A DNA stretch of 40,699 bases from a virus (lineage: Duplodnaviria; Caudoviricetes), in IMG/VR virus record IMGVR_UViG_3300020045_002641, positions 1 through 40,699 of that record; one strand, 5' to 3'. Positions within the stretch are counted from its first letter, which is position 1. Every line of letters starts with the position of its first letter. Both the position numbers and the translations under genes were made by a program. This document shows positions 6,760 to 15,714 of this stretch, piece after piece. The notes beneath the pieces are model-generated. The model was not told where the DNA came from. It did no database searches and saw nothing but the letters and a program-made list of their open reading frames with translations.

Positions 6760-7327
6760 CCTGATCGACCTAGACGATCTCTGGACGGATGTGCTAGTCC
6801 AGGCGGCGCCGAAGCCCCAGGCCAAGGCCGTGTCCGAAGACCCCGGAGCGCGGTATACCAAGGCGGAGAACTGGCAGCGCACCCGTTGCATCGCGCTGAT
6901 CCACGCCGAGACGCAGACCTTGCTCGGTAACTTCAGCGAATACCTACATCGCACCGTCGCAGGATGCCGAAAGCTCTGCCGGGAAAGCCTGGACATGCCA
7001 GCTACAGCGGTAGAGCTGGTGTCAGGCTCATGGTGGATCGACCCATGCCATCGCCCGGAACCTGTCCACACCTGGCACACCTCGCAGGAAATCTTCTGCC
7101 ACGTGTATCTGCGTGAGCTGCAAGTCCATGCCCCGGCTGTCGCTCTCACGGTGTTCAAGTCCTACGGCAGCATCGCCCGAGTGGAGCTGGCGCAGCCGAC
7201 CCGTTTCGCCCAATGGCACGAAGGCGGCGCGAGTGGCGAAACCATCCTTGACCTACCCCAGGGTACGAATGTGTGGGAAGTCCTCTCGCGCGACACTCGT
7301 ATCCGCATCCAGGAGGAAACCGCATGA
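6749..7327 (+). CDS. Hypothetical protein
   Basis: GGAG RBS before ATG 6749/6752; operon packing. Confidence 0.75.
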   Translation: MMSDLIDLDDLWTDVLVQAAPKPQAKAVSEDPGARYTKAENWQRTRCIALIHAETQTLLGNFSEYLHRTVAGCRKLCRESLDMPATAVELVSGSWWIDPCHRPEPVHTWHTSQEIFCHVYLRELQVHAPAVALTVFKSYGSIARVELAQPTRFAQWHEGGASGETILDLPQGTNVWEVLSRDTRIRIQEETA

Positions 7328-7500
7328 CCAGTATCCGCTTTCGTTTCTGGGAGTCTGACTCCTGGACCACTATCACAGCCGATGGGCCGGAAGAAGATTC
7401 CGCTGTCGACCTGATTACCGCCCGACTCTTGACGAGTGACTTCACCGAAGTCCAGGTGGAAACAGCCGAGGGCTGGACTCCGCAGGAGGATGCAGAATGA
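7324..7500 (+). CDS. Small acidic hypothetical protein
   Basis: AGGAGG RBS; ATGA overlaps. Confidence 0.7.
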   Translation: MTSIRFRFWESDSWTTITADGPEEDSAVDLITARLLTSDFTEVQVETAEGWTPQEDAE

Positions 7501-7775
7501 GCCGCCCAGCTGCCGTTATCCCCGGCGTCAAGCTAACCACGCAGATACCGCAGGACCTACACCAAGCGTTCGAGCGTATGATGTGGTCGCCGCTGCAGAA
7601 CTGTGTGCCGCGAGGAACCTGGTCGTCGTTCATCAGCACAGCGATCAGGGACTTGCTCCGCACAGAACAGCTCGATCTCGCACCGTATCTCGACAGCTTC
7701 CCAGGCGATCTCATCGTGCGCGGGCATCCCGAAGCGATTCGCGCCTTAACCAAACGACTGGAGAATGACGTATGA
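7497..7775 (+). CDS. Putative ribbon-helix-helix DNA-binding protein
   Basis: VKLTTQIPQDLHQAFE...WSSFISTAIRDLL strand-helix-helix pattern. Confidence 0.55.
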   Translation: MSRPAAVIPGVKLTTQIPQDLHQAFERMMWSPLQNCVPRGTWSSFISTAIRDLLRTEQLDLAPYLDSFPGDLIVRGHPEAIRALTKRLENDV

Positions 7776-7981
7776 GCCCTGAAATGCAAATGCAGATCGC
7801 CGGCTGGCGTAGCAGGATCGCCGACGGCACGATCACAGTGGAGGAGATGAAGGCCGCCATCGCGGCTCTCCGCCAAGACCGAATCAGCGCAGCGTATGTG
7901 AGCGAGTCATCTCGTGCACGTAAGGCGCCGAAACCTGCCCTGTCCGCCGATAGTTTGCTTGGCGAACTGGACGATATGTAG
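7772..7981 (+). CDS. Hypothetical protein
   Basis: ORF in operon, GGAG RBS. Confidence 0.7.
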   Translation: MSPEMQMQIAGWRSRIADGTITVEEMKAAIAALRQDRISAAYVSESSRARKAPKPALSADSLLGELDDM

Positions 7982-8012
7982 CACTATCAACCTGAGACAG
8001 AAAGGCACTATC

Positions 8013-8234
8013 ATGAAAACGCTTCCCGCCATGCCGGAAACCGACATTTCGATTGAAGGCGATCTCGTAACTATCTCACAGCTGGCGCATTACTCCAGCA
8101 ACACCATCACATTCCCATACGCCATGCTTAACCTCATCGTAGAGAGCATTATCAGCGAGCGTCTGCATGACCTGGACCAGCGCGAACCGTGCTGCGGCTC
8201 CTGTACACACGAAGATGAAGAGGCGCCGAAATGA
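8013..8234 (+). CDS. Hypothetical protein
   Basis: AAGG RBS; ATGA overlap with the nuclease gene. Confidence 0.65.
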   Translation: MKTLPAMPETDISIEGDLVTISQLAHYSSNTITFPYAMLNLIVESIISERLHDLDQREPCCGSCTHEDEEAPK

Positions 8235-9151
8235 CCCGCCCACCATTCCCCCACGTCATCGACAGCACGATCATGGCGAGCTTCAAGTCCTGCCCGCAAC
8301 TCGCCTTCCGCCAGTACGTCGAGCATTGGAAACCTCTCGGCGTCAGCGTCCACCTCCACGCCGGGGCGGCGTATGCGAAAGGCCTGGAAACCGCCCGTGA
8401 AGCATTCTATGTCAAGGGAGCTTCTCGTGAAACGAGTGAAGCAATCGGTCTCCAGGCACTCCTCACCGCCTACGGCGACTACGCCTGTCCGCCGGATTCC
8501 GCTAAGTCCGCCGAGCGCACTGCTGGAGCGCTGGAGTTCTACTTCTCTCGCTACCCGTTCGGTGAAGATGATGCTATACCCCTCATCCTTCCTTCCGGCA
8601 GACACGGAATAGAGTTCAGCTTCGCGGAGCCCCTGGACATCCTCCACCCTGAGACAGGCGATCCACTCCTGTACTGCGGCCGGATGGACATGCTCTGCAG
8701 CAAGGGCGGGATGAAGCTCGGTGAGGATGATAAGACTGCATCCCAGCTCGGCGCGTCCTGGCCGAGGCAGTGGGACTTGCGTAGTCAGTTCACAGGGTAC
8801 GTTTGGGGCGCAGCCCGCGCGGGGATCAAGCTGGACGGATTCCTGGTTCGTGGTGTCTCGATCTTGAAGACGAAGTACGACACCCTCGAGGCGATAACTT
8901 ATCGGCCACAGTGGCAGCTAGATCGTTGGGAAGCCCAGCTCTACCGAGACTTAAACCGCATGATGCAGTGCTGGAAGGACGGTTACTGGGACTACAACCT
9001 GGACCACTCCTGTGCTGAGTATGGCGGCTGTCCAATGCGTCAGGTGTGCTTGATGAAAGACCCCCAAGCGCTGCTGGAGCAGCAGTTTGAACAGAGAATT
9101 TGGGACCCAATCGCCAGACGGGAGACTACCCTTGAGATCGGGAATAGCTAA
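8231..9151 (+). CDS. PD-(D/E)XK exonuclease, Cas4/RecB-like with a four-Cys cluster
   Basis: SCPQ...E...GRMD...DDKT...QFTGY...CAEYGGCPMRQVC. Confidence 0.88.
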   Translation: MTRPPFPHVIDSTIMASFKSCPQLAFRQYVEHWKPLGVSVHLHAGAAYAKGLETAREAFYVKGASRETSEAIGLQALLTAYGDYACPPDSAKSAERTAGALEFYFSRYPFGEDDAIPLILPSGRHGIEFSFAEPLDILHPETGDPLLYCGRMDMLCSKGGMKLGEDDKTASQLGASWPRQWDLRSQFTGYVWGAARAGIKLDGFLVRGVSILKTKYDTLEAITYRPQWQLDRWEAQLYRDLNRMMQCWKDGYWDYNLDHSCAEYGGCPMRQVCLMKDPQALLEQQFEQRIWDPIARRETTLEIGNS

Positions 9152-9506
9152 GGTAACATATGCTGAACACGGACAAATCGTTGGCACAGTCTCAGTCTAC
9201 TGCTGTGGATACGAAGACACCCACTCAGGCCACTGGCCCAACGTCGCCTTCGTTTGTCCCACCTGTGGTGACTTGTGGTGCAGAGCTTTCTACTCCCACC
9301 AGTACAACTACAGGCCCGTTGCATCAGCCCTGTGGCGCGTGGAAGTCCGTGTTTGCAGAGCGTGCGGGGACGGAACCTTAGATTGCAGCATCGAACAAGC
9401 CGATAAAGCTTTACTAACGCGAGAACTTCTCGCACTGATAGATAGGAAAGATGATGAACCAGCTAATATGGAAACCGGCGCAAGGCCCCGCAGTTACAGC
9501 AGCTGA
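9132..9506 (+). CDS. Zinc-binding hypothetical protein
   Basis: CPTCG...CRACG; start (TTG 9132) uncertain. Confidence 0.6.
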   Translation: MRSGIAKVTYAEHGQIVGTVSVYCCGYEDTHSGHWPNVAFVCPTCGDLWCRAFYSHQYNYRPVASALWRVEVRVCRACGDGTLDCSIEQADKALLTRELLALIDRKDDEPANMETGARPRSYSS

Positions 9507-9726
9507 GATGGACACAGATCATATCTATAATGTCCTAAATCAGCTTAGCACCCGCGAAACCGCGCACAAGATGCTGATCGAACAAGCCAGCGCCCTTAGC
9601 TACAAGATTCCTGCCTTGGTGGTCCAGGGCCAGTCGGTCGCTGCATGGAGAAAGTATTTCTTCAAAGAGTTGAACAAGCGCCGGAAAGCAGAGTTGAAAC
9701 TTGCCACCTTCGTAAAGGGAGATTGA
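9451..9726 (+). CDS. Hypothetical protein
   Basis: AGGA RBS; EMDTDHIYNVL motif. Confidence 0.7.
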   Translation: MMNQLIWKPAQGPAVTAAEMDTDHIYNVLNQLSTRETAHKMLIEQASALSYKIPALVVQGQSVAAWRKYFFKELNKRRKAELKLATFVKGD

Positions 9727-9727
9727 A

Positions 9728-10582
9728 ATGACTGAACAACACGCATCCCTCAGCGGACCGAAAGTTCTGCTCATGGGGCCGTCAGGCACAGGCAAGACCC
9801 ATGCCCTTGGAACCTTGGTCGACTGGGCTGATAAGAACGACAAGCAGGTCTTCGTCCTGTTCACTGAGAATGGACTGGAAACCCTGCTGGGCTACTGGCG
9901 TGACGGCGCCAGCCCACGACCGGTTCCGCCTTGCCTGCACTGGCATAACATGCTCACCCGTCCCCTGGCGCTGAAGAATCTCATGACCGCAGCCGATAAC
10001 GTCGGGCGGATGTCCTACGAAATGCTGACGAAGATGACCGACAGCAACCGGGGCGGCGAGAACAACGCGTTCTGGAAGATCCTGCAGGCCTGTGCTGACT
10101 TCACCGACGATAGGACTGGAGAGAAATTTGGCAGCGTCGATTCCTGGGGCGCTGATAAAATCTTCATCATCGACTCTCTGTCTGAGCTCAGCAACGCATG
10201 CTTCAAGATGCAGGTCGGGAACAAGCCTACAGCTTCCCCGAGCGACTACGGCGTCAGTCAGAACAATCTCATGAACTTCATCCGCCTGTGCACCCAGGGC
10301 ATAGCGGCCACCTTTGTCATGACTGCCCACGTGGATCGTCAGACCGACGAGATCAGCGGAACCACCAAGATCATGGTGAAGTCCATCGGCAAAGCTCTCG
10401 CCGGCGACATTCCCCAGCTATTCTCCGACGTCATCCTCACAGTTCGGGAAGGGGATAAGTTCACCTGGGACACCGCAGCCTACGGCGTGGATTGCAAGAC
10501 CCGTAGCTTGGGTTATCGTTCCAAGATCCTCCCGGACTTCGGTCAGGTCATGAACGTCTGGACGCAGCGAGGCGGGAAATGA
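9728..10582 (+). CDS. P-loop ATPase, AAA_24/Sak4-like single-strand annealing protein
   Basis: Walker A GPSGTGKT, Walker B IIDSLS, TAH motif; lies between the exonuclease and SSB-like genes. Confidence 0.82.
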   Translation: MTEQHASLSGPKVLLMGPSGTGKTHALGTLVDWADKNDKQVFVLFTENGLETLLGYWRDGASPRPVPPCLHWHNMLTRPLALKNLMTAADNVGRMSYEMLTKMTDSNRGGENNAFWKILQACADFTDDRTGEKFGSVDSWGADKIFIIDSLSELSNACFKMQVGNKPTASPSDYGVSQNNLMNFIRLCTQGIAATFVMTAHVDRQTDEISGTTKIMVKSIGKALAGDIPQLFSDVILTVREGDKFTWDTAAYGVDCKTRSLGYRSKILPDFGQVMNVWTQRGGK

Positions 10583-10866
10583 CCATCTCGAAGTCCAGCA
10601 CATCTCGTCGCCAAGTCGGCGGGGATCATTACCTAACCGTCGCTGTGCAGCCCTGGGACGCCATGCAAGCTTGGCTCTCGCCAGCAGAGTTCCGGGGTTA
10701 CCTGCGCGGTAACGCCATTAAGTACCTATCCCGTTGTTCACGTAAAGGAGGAATCGAAGACCTGAAGAAAGCCTCACACTATACTGACAAACTGATCGAA
10801 GTGTCCATCGCTGAAGATGTATCCGTAGCCGAGCAAGACCTAACCCGTAGTTCAACCAAGGAGTAA
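10579..10866 (+). CDS. DUF3310 family protein (T7 gp1.7/SaV-like)
   Basis: QVGGDHY...QPWD...GYLRGNAIKYLSR..KGGIEDLKKA..Y. Confidence 0.88.
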   Translation: MTISKSSTSRRQVGGDHYLTVAVQPWDAMQAWLSPAEFRGYLRGNAIKYLSRCSRKGGIEDLKKASHYTDKLIEVSIAEDVSVAEQDLTRSSTKE

Positions 10867-10870
10867 TACC

Positions 10871-11353
10871 ATGTCTGCATTTAATCCCGCCGCGTTTCTG
10901 GAAGCCCAAGTCACTGAAGTCAATGAGCGCCGCAATCCCCTGCCGCCAGAAAATCCAGCTGATGAGGGCGGCCTGTACACCGCCTTGATCGGGGAAATCA
11001 CCACCAGTTCCGGCATCATCGGCAAGGGCGACAAGACAGGACAACCCTGGATCGCGATGGTCGTTCCCCTCAAGATCGAAGTTCCGAAGCAAATCCAGGA
11101 CGCTCTCAGCCTCCCGCCAGTCCTCACCATCTCTGACCGGGCGTTCCTGGACTTGAACGCTCAAGGCGGCCTCGACAACGGTCCCGGCAAGAATCGTCAG
11201 CAGAAAGTCTATCGCGAAGCTTGCGACCTGAACAAGCCGGGCGATGTGTTCTCGTGGCGTAGTCTGGGCGGTCGCGTAGTCAAGGTAAAGATCGCGCACG
11301 AGATGTACGATGGTAATATCCAGGAGCGGATCGCCGCCGTTCTCCGCGCCTAA
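10871..11353 (+). CDS. Putative ssDNA-binding protein (DUF669-like)
   Basis: PLP...GLYTALI...LGGRVVKVKIAHEMY pattern; position after the Sak4-like gene. Confidence 0.6.
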   Translation: MSAFNPAAFLEAQVTEVNERRNPLPPENPADEGGLYTALIGEITTSSGIIGKGDKTGQPWIAMVVPLKIEVPKQIQDALSLPPVLTISDRAFLDLNAQGGLDNGPGKNRQQKVYREACDLNKPGDVFSWRSLGGRVVKVKIAHEMYDGNIQERIAAVLRA

Positions 11354-11366
11354 GCATCCCGCCACA

Positions 11367-11402
11367 CCCTCGACTCGCCCTGCGCTTGTCGGGGGTTTTT
11401 TT
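11367..11402 (+). terminator. Rho-independent terminator
   Basis: CCCTCGAC...GTCGGGGG followed by T7. Confidence 0.7.
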
Positions 11403-11417
11403 CGTCAAGGAGTTAGC

Positions 11418-12764
11418 ATGAAAACCATCGCACTGAAAAACATTATCATCTCCCCAACGCGCCAGCGTCGAGACTTCGACCTCGGTCGCCTGAACGAGTT
11501 GCGCGAATCCATCGTCAAGCGCGGGCTGTTCCACCCGATCGTGCTGCGCGAGGATGAAGGGAAGTTCTACCTAGTCGCCGGTGAGCGCAGGCTACGCGCG
11601 GTTACAGACCTGTACGAGCTCGGCGATAACTTGACTTTCGATCAGATAAAACTCCCCCTGCGCCATATCCCTTACGTCAATCTCGGCGAACTGGACGAAC
11701 TCGACCGCGAGGAAGCTGAACTCGAAGAGAACACACACCGGGTCGACCTGTCCTGGCAGGAAAAAGCGATGGCGACTGCACGGCTGGCCAGTCTCCGCCA
11801 GCGTCAAGCCCTATCCGCCAATCTCCCCCTGCCGTCGGTCAAGGATATCACACTGGAAATCACAGGCGACAGCTCCAAGGGCAATCCAGCGTACGAACAA
11901 GCCACCACCCGGCAGGAAATGCTCATAGCCCAGCATCTCGACCGGCCGGAGATTAGCAAGGCGAAGTCGCTCCAAGACGCATACAAGACCCTGAAGCGCC
12001 AGGAATCCCTGCGCACCAACGCAGCGATTGGGAAACTCGTCGGCCAGACCTACAGCAGCAAACTACATAAATGCTTCCAGGACGATTCGGATGTATGGCT
12101 GCGTGAGGCGCCGGCAGGGCTGTACGATGTCATCCTGACCGACCCGCCGTATGGCATGGGCGCGGATACCTTCGGCGATTCCGCTGGCAAAACCGGGACA
12201 GGTTCCAACGAACATGCCTACGCCGACGACGAAGACACATTCATTCGCCTTGTCCGCGTGCTCGCTGAGCAGAGCATCCGCATCACAAAGCCCCAGGCGC
12301 ATCTGTACTGCTTCTGCGACCTGGACAATTTCCACTATCTCCGCGACCTGTTCGAGAGCGTCGGCTGGCAGGTCCATCGCACTCCCCTGATCTGGGCGAA
12401 GACAAACGGCGCCCGTGTGCCGTGGCCTGAGTGTGGTCCTCGCAGGTCCTACGAACTCATCCTGTATGCAGTCCGCGGTAAGCGCCCCGTCACCGCCATA
12501 GCGCCGGATGTCCTCACCTTCGCCGCCGATCCGAACCTCGGCCATATGGCACAGAAGCCTGTCGCACTGTTCGCCGAACTGCTCAAGCGTTCCTGCCGCC
12601 CAGGCGACCAAGTCCTCGACCCATTCTGCGGCACCGGCCCGATCTTCGAGGCAGCGCAAGCACTACAGCTAATCGCCACCGGCGTGGAACTCGACATCGC
12701 GCACTACGGTATGTCTATAAACCGCCTTGAGCGTCTGTCTGCTCAACTAGAACTGGAGGTCTGA
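11418..12764 (+). CDS. ParB/Srx N-terminal domain fused to an N6A/N4C DNA methyltransferase (beta class)
   Basis: GLFHPIVLR...LVAGERRLRA...ELEEN (ParB); TDPPY precedes QKP and VLDPFCGTG; AAGGAG RBS before ATG 11418. Confidence 0.9.
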   Translation: MKTIALKNIIISPTRQRRDFDLGRLNELRESIVKRGLFHPIVLREDEGKFYLVAGERRLRAVTDLYELGDNLTFDQIKLPLRHIPYVNLGELDELDREEAELEENTHRVDLSWQEKAMATARLASLRQRQALSANLPLPSVKDITLEITGDSSKGNPAYEQATTRQEMLIAQHLDRPEISKAKSLQDAYKTLKRQESLRTNAAIGKLVGQTYSSKLHKCFQDDSDVWLREAPAGLYDVILTDPPYGMGADTFGDSAGKTGTGSNEHAYADDEDTFIRLVRVLAEQSIRITKPQAHLYCFCDLDNFHYLRDLFESVGWQVHRTPLIWAKTNGARVPWPECGPRRSYELILYAVRGKRPVTAIAPDVLTFAADPNLGHMAQKPVALFAELLKRSCRPGDQVLDPFCGTGPIFEAAQALQLIATGVELDIAHYGMSINRLERLSAQLELEV

Positions 12765-12766
12765 CC

Positions 12767-15268
12767 ATGTTCCGCCACGGCGACGGGGCAATCCCAGCCA
12801 AGGTAATGCTGATCGGCGAAGCCCCTGGTGAGCGCGAGGAGGCCTCAGGCCGCCCGTTCGAAGGGCCGTCTGGCGAGCTGCTGAACAAGCTCCTCCACGA
12901 AGCCGGGATCATGCGCAGTGACTGCTACCTTACCTACCTAGTGCGGGAGCGCCCGCCTTACAACGACTACACCAGCTTTATCGCGAAGGCGAAGAAAGAC
13001 GTAACCGAACATCACGTCATGCTGCACGGCAAGTACGTAAAGTCATGCGTTACACAAGGCCTAGCGGAACTGGAGCGCGAGATAGCGATGGTCCAGCCGA
13101 ACATCATCGTAACCTTCGGCAACCTGCCTCTCTGGGCCTTAACTGGCGCGTGGAACGTGGTGAAGTGGCGCGGGTCTGAGCTAACCCACCAAGGGATCAA
13201 GCTCCTCCCCACCATACATCCACAGATGATCTTCCGTGACTGGGCCTTCCGCGCTCTCGTCGTGAACGACCTGCGCCGAGTTGCTCGCCACATGAACTCT
13301 AAGGAATACGCTAATGCCAGCCAATGGAATTTTACAGTCCGACCGAGTTATACGGCAGTACATGAGCAGATTACCGACCTGGTCCGCATGGCGGAGCTAC
13401 CGGATGGTGTATGGTTGGACTTGGATATTGAAACTCGGGCCGGTCATATTGCTTGTATCGGCGTCTCTTGGTCGCGGAACGACGCCTTATGTATTCCGCT
13501 TATGTGTGTTGAGAACCCTGCGGGATACTGGAGCCTCGACGAAGAAGCTGAGATAGTCTTCCAGCTCTACCGCCTCTTCACCCACCCCGGCGCGAAGATA
13601 CGCTGGCAGAACGGCCTGTACGACGCGCAGTACATCCACCGCCATTGGCACTTCATCCCGAACGGCAAGCAAGACACCATGATCGCGCATCATTCCTGCT
13701 TCGCGGCGCTGCCGAAGGGCCTTTCATTCCTAGCCTCTATGTACTGTGACCATTATGTATACTGGAAAGACGAAGGTAAGACTTGGACGAAAAACGTGGG
13801 AGAGGATCAGCTATGGACTTATAACCTTCAAGACTGCATCTACACGCGAGAGGTCGGAGAGGTTCTGGCGCGCAACATTAAAGACATGGGCCTTGAAAAA
13901 GTCGACGCAACCCAGCAGTCGTTATTCTATCCGGTACTTCGTGCAATGCTTCGTGGCGTTCGCGTCATTAACGAGAACCGGGCGGAAATGGCAATGCACA
14001 TTCAAGAAGAACTCTCGCGTCGTCAAGCATTCCTTTACAACATTCTTGGACACGAAATCAATACAGGATCGTCTAAGCAAATGCAGGAGCTTTTCTACAC
14101 AGATCTCCAGCAGCGCCCGATCTACAAGCGAACCATTGTTGCGGGTAAGACGAAAGTATCCCCTACTTGTGACGATGACGCCCTACGACAGCTCGCCGAC
14201 CGTGAACCTTTGCTGAAGCCGATTACGAATGCCATCGCAGACATCCGGACCCTTGGTAAATTCATGAATGACTTCGTGATGATGCCACTGGACACCGATG
14301 GCCGGATGCGTTGCTCGTACAATATTGCAGGAGATGCCGGTGGAAAATCAGCCCCGTACTCATACCGCCTCAGCTCGTCCAAGAATGCTTTTGGCTCTGG
14401 CGGCAATCTCCAGACGATCCCGTCGGAGAAATCGAAGTCGTCTAATAAGGCTGCGGCTCGTGGCAGTATGGATTTCACGCTTCCTAATATTCGGCGCATG
14501 TATGGTCCTGATCCTGGCTTTACCTTTTTCGACATGGACCTGGATCGCGCGGATCTTCAGGTGGTAGTGTGGGAGAGTGACGATCCGATGCTAAAGGCGG
14601 CGCTGCGGATGGGGGCGGATATACATCTCTTGAACACCTACGGCATCGACAACGTGGAGCCGCCGCCGCTGGAGGAACTGGTCGAGCGTCACGGCAAGCA
14701 TGAGGTCTGCACCTGTGGCCCCCGTTGCTACTGGGACTACCGCACACCCCGCTCTGGCAAGCGTGAGTTCGCCAAGACATTCTGCCACGGGACGAACTAT
14801 CTCGGCAAGGCGAAAACTATGGCGGCGCACACTGGCCGGACTGTGCACGAGATAGACCAAGCGCAGAAGCGTTGGTTCCAAGCACATCCCGGCATTCTCA
14901 CCTGGCACCAACGCGTAATCGAGCAGGTTACAAAGCGTCGCTTCGTCGAGAATAAGTTCGGATATCGCTGGTACGTCTTCGACCGGATTGATGAGCAGCT
15001 CTTCCCAGCGGCAGTGGCGTGGATTCCTCAGTCCACCGTCGGTATCGTGATTAACAAGGCGTGGCTGAACTTCTCCGCCAACATCCCGGAGGTGCAGGTG
15101 CTTCTCCAGGTCCATGACAGTCTCGCCGGCCAGTTCCCGACCTTCATGCGCGACACCATCCTGCCAAAGATGGCAGAACAATCGCAGATCCTCATTCCTT
15201 ACGCCGACCCCCTCATCATCCCAACTGGCATTAAGACCAGCACGGTATCCTGGGGGGACTGCGAGTAG
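12767..15268 (+). CDS. Family A DNA polymerase with N-terminal uracil-DNA glycosylase (family 4-like) domain and 3'-5' exonuclease
   Basis: IGEAPG..E...GRPFEGPSG (UDG); DIET, QNGLYD, YNLQD (Exo I-III); RLSS..NLQTIP, DLDRADL, R..AK...HG..Y, QVHDS (PolA motifs). Confidence 0.93.
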   Translation: MFRHGDGAIPAKVMLIGEAPGEREEASGRPFEGPSGELLNKLLHEAGIMRSDCYLTYLVRERPPYNDYTSFIAKAKKDVTEHHVMLHGKYVKSCVTQGLAELEREIAMVQPNIIVTFGNLPLWALTGAWNVVKWRGSELTHQGIKLLPTIHPQMIFRDWAFRALVVNDLRRVARHMNSKEYANASQWNFTVRPSYTAVHEQITDLVRMAELPDGVWLDLDIETRAGHIACIGVSWSRNDALCIPLMCVENPAGYWSLDEEAEIVFQLYRLFTHPGAKIRWQNGLYDAQYIHRHWHFIPNGKQDTMIAHHSCFAALPKGLSFLASMYCDHYVYWKDEGKTWTKNVGEDQLWTYNLQDCIYTREVGEVLARNIKDMGLEKVDATQQSLFYPVLRAMLRGVRVINENRAEMAMHIQEELSRRQAFLYNILGHEINTGSSKQMQELFYTDLQQRPIYKRTIVAGKTKVSPTCDDDALRQLADREPLLKPITNAIADIRTLGKFMNDFVMMPLDTDGRMRCSYNIAGDAGGKSAPYSYRLSSSKNAFGSGGNLQTIPSEKSKSSNKAAARGSMDFTLPNIRRMYGPDPGFTFFDMDLDRADLQVVVWESDDPMLKAALRMGADIHLLNTYGIDNVEPPPLEELVERHGKHEVCTCGPRCYWDYRTPRSGKREFAKTFCHGTNYLGKAKTMAAHTGRTVHEIDQAQKRWFQAHPGILTWHQRVIEQVTKRRFVENKFGYRWYVFDRIDEQLFPAAVAWIPQSTVGIVINKAWLNFSANIPEVQVLLQVHDSLAGQFPTFMRDTILPKMAEQSQILIPYADPLIIPTGIKTSTVSWGDCE

Positions 15269-15270
15269 CC

Positions 15271-15714
15271 ATGAAAACATTTGACGAACTATACTGTAAA
15301 ACCGATACATGTTGGCTGTGGACTGGTCCTGTGGACGGGGCTGGTTATGGTAAATATAGAGAGACAAATAAACTGGAAGGCGCACATCGCATAGCTTTTC
15401 GTAGAGCTAATCCTGATATAGATATTACAAATTTAATAGTGCGGCATTCTTGTAATACGCCACTTTGTGTAAATCCTGCGCATCTTTTACACGGTACGCA
15501 ACTTGACAATATGCGTGACCGAAGTTTAAGCGGCCGTGGTTTTATACCAAGCGGTGTAGCTAACGGACGTGCGCTTGTAACACCAGGTTTGGTATTACAA
15601 ATACGGGAAGCTGCTAAGTGTAATACAGTAACTGCGGTAGCTAAACTTTTTAATTTAAAATATAGTTGCTGCTATGCTATATGTGCTTATATCACTTGGA
15701 GAAACGTAAAGTGA
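15271..15714 (+). CDS. HNH homing endonuclease
   Basis: CWLWTG...GYG...AHR...VRHSCNTPLCVNPAHL..GT..DN; AT-rich relative to flanks. Confidence 0.9.
   Translation: MKTFDELYCKTDTCWLWTGPVDGAGYGKYRETNKLEGAHRIAFRRANPDIDITNLIVRHSCNTPLCVNPAHLLHGTQLDNMRDRSLSGRGFIPSGVANGRALVTPGLVLQIREAAKCNTVTAVAKLFNLKYSCCYAICAYITWRNVK

Noticed and set aside
8231-9151. Cas4-like nuclease as evidence of a CRISPR system
   Set aside because: No repeat-spacer array or other cas genes; the context is a phage exonuclease/annealing module
11310-11417. N-terminal extension of the ParB-MTase
   Set aside because: It spans a terminator; the RBS supports ATG 11418
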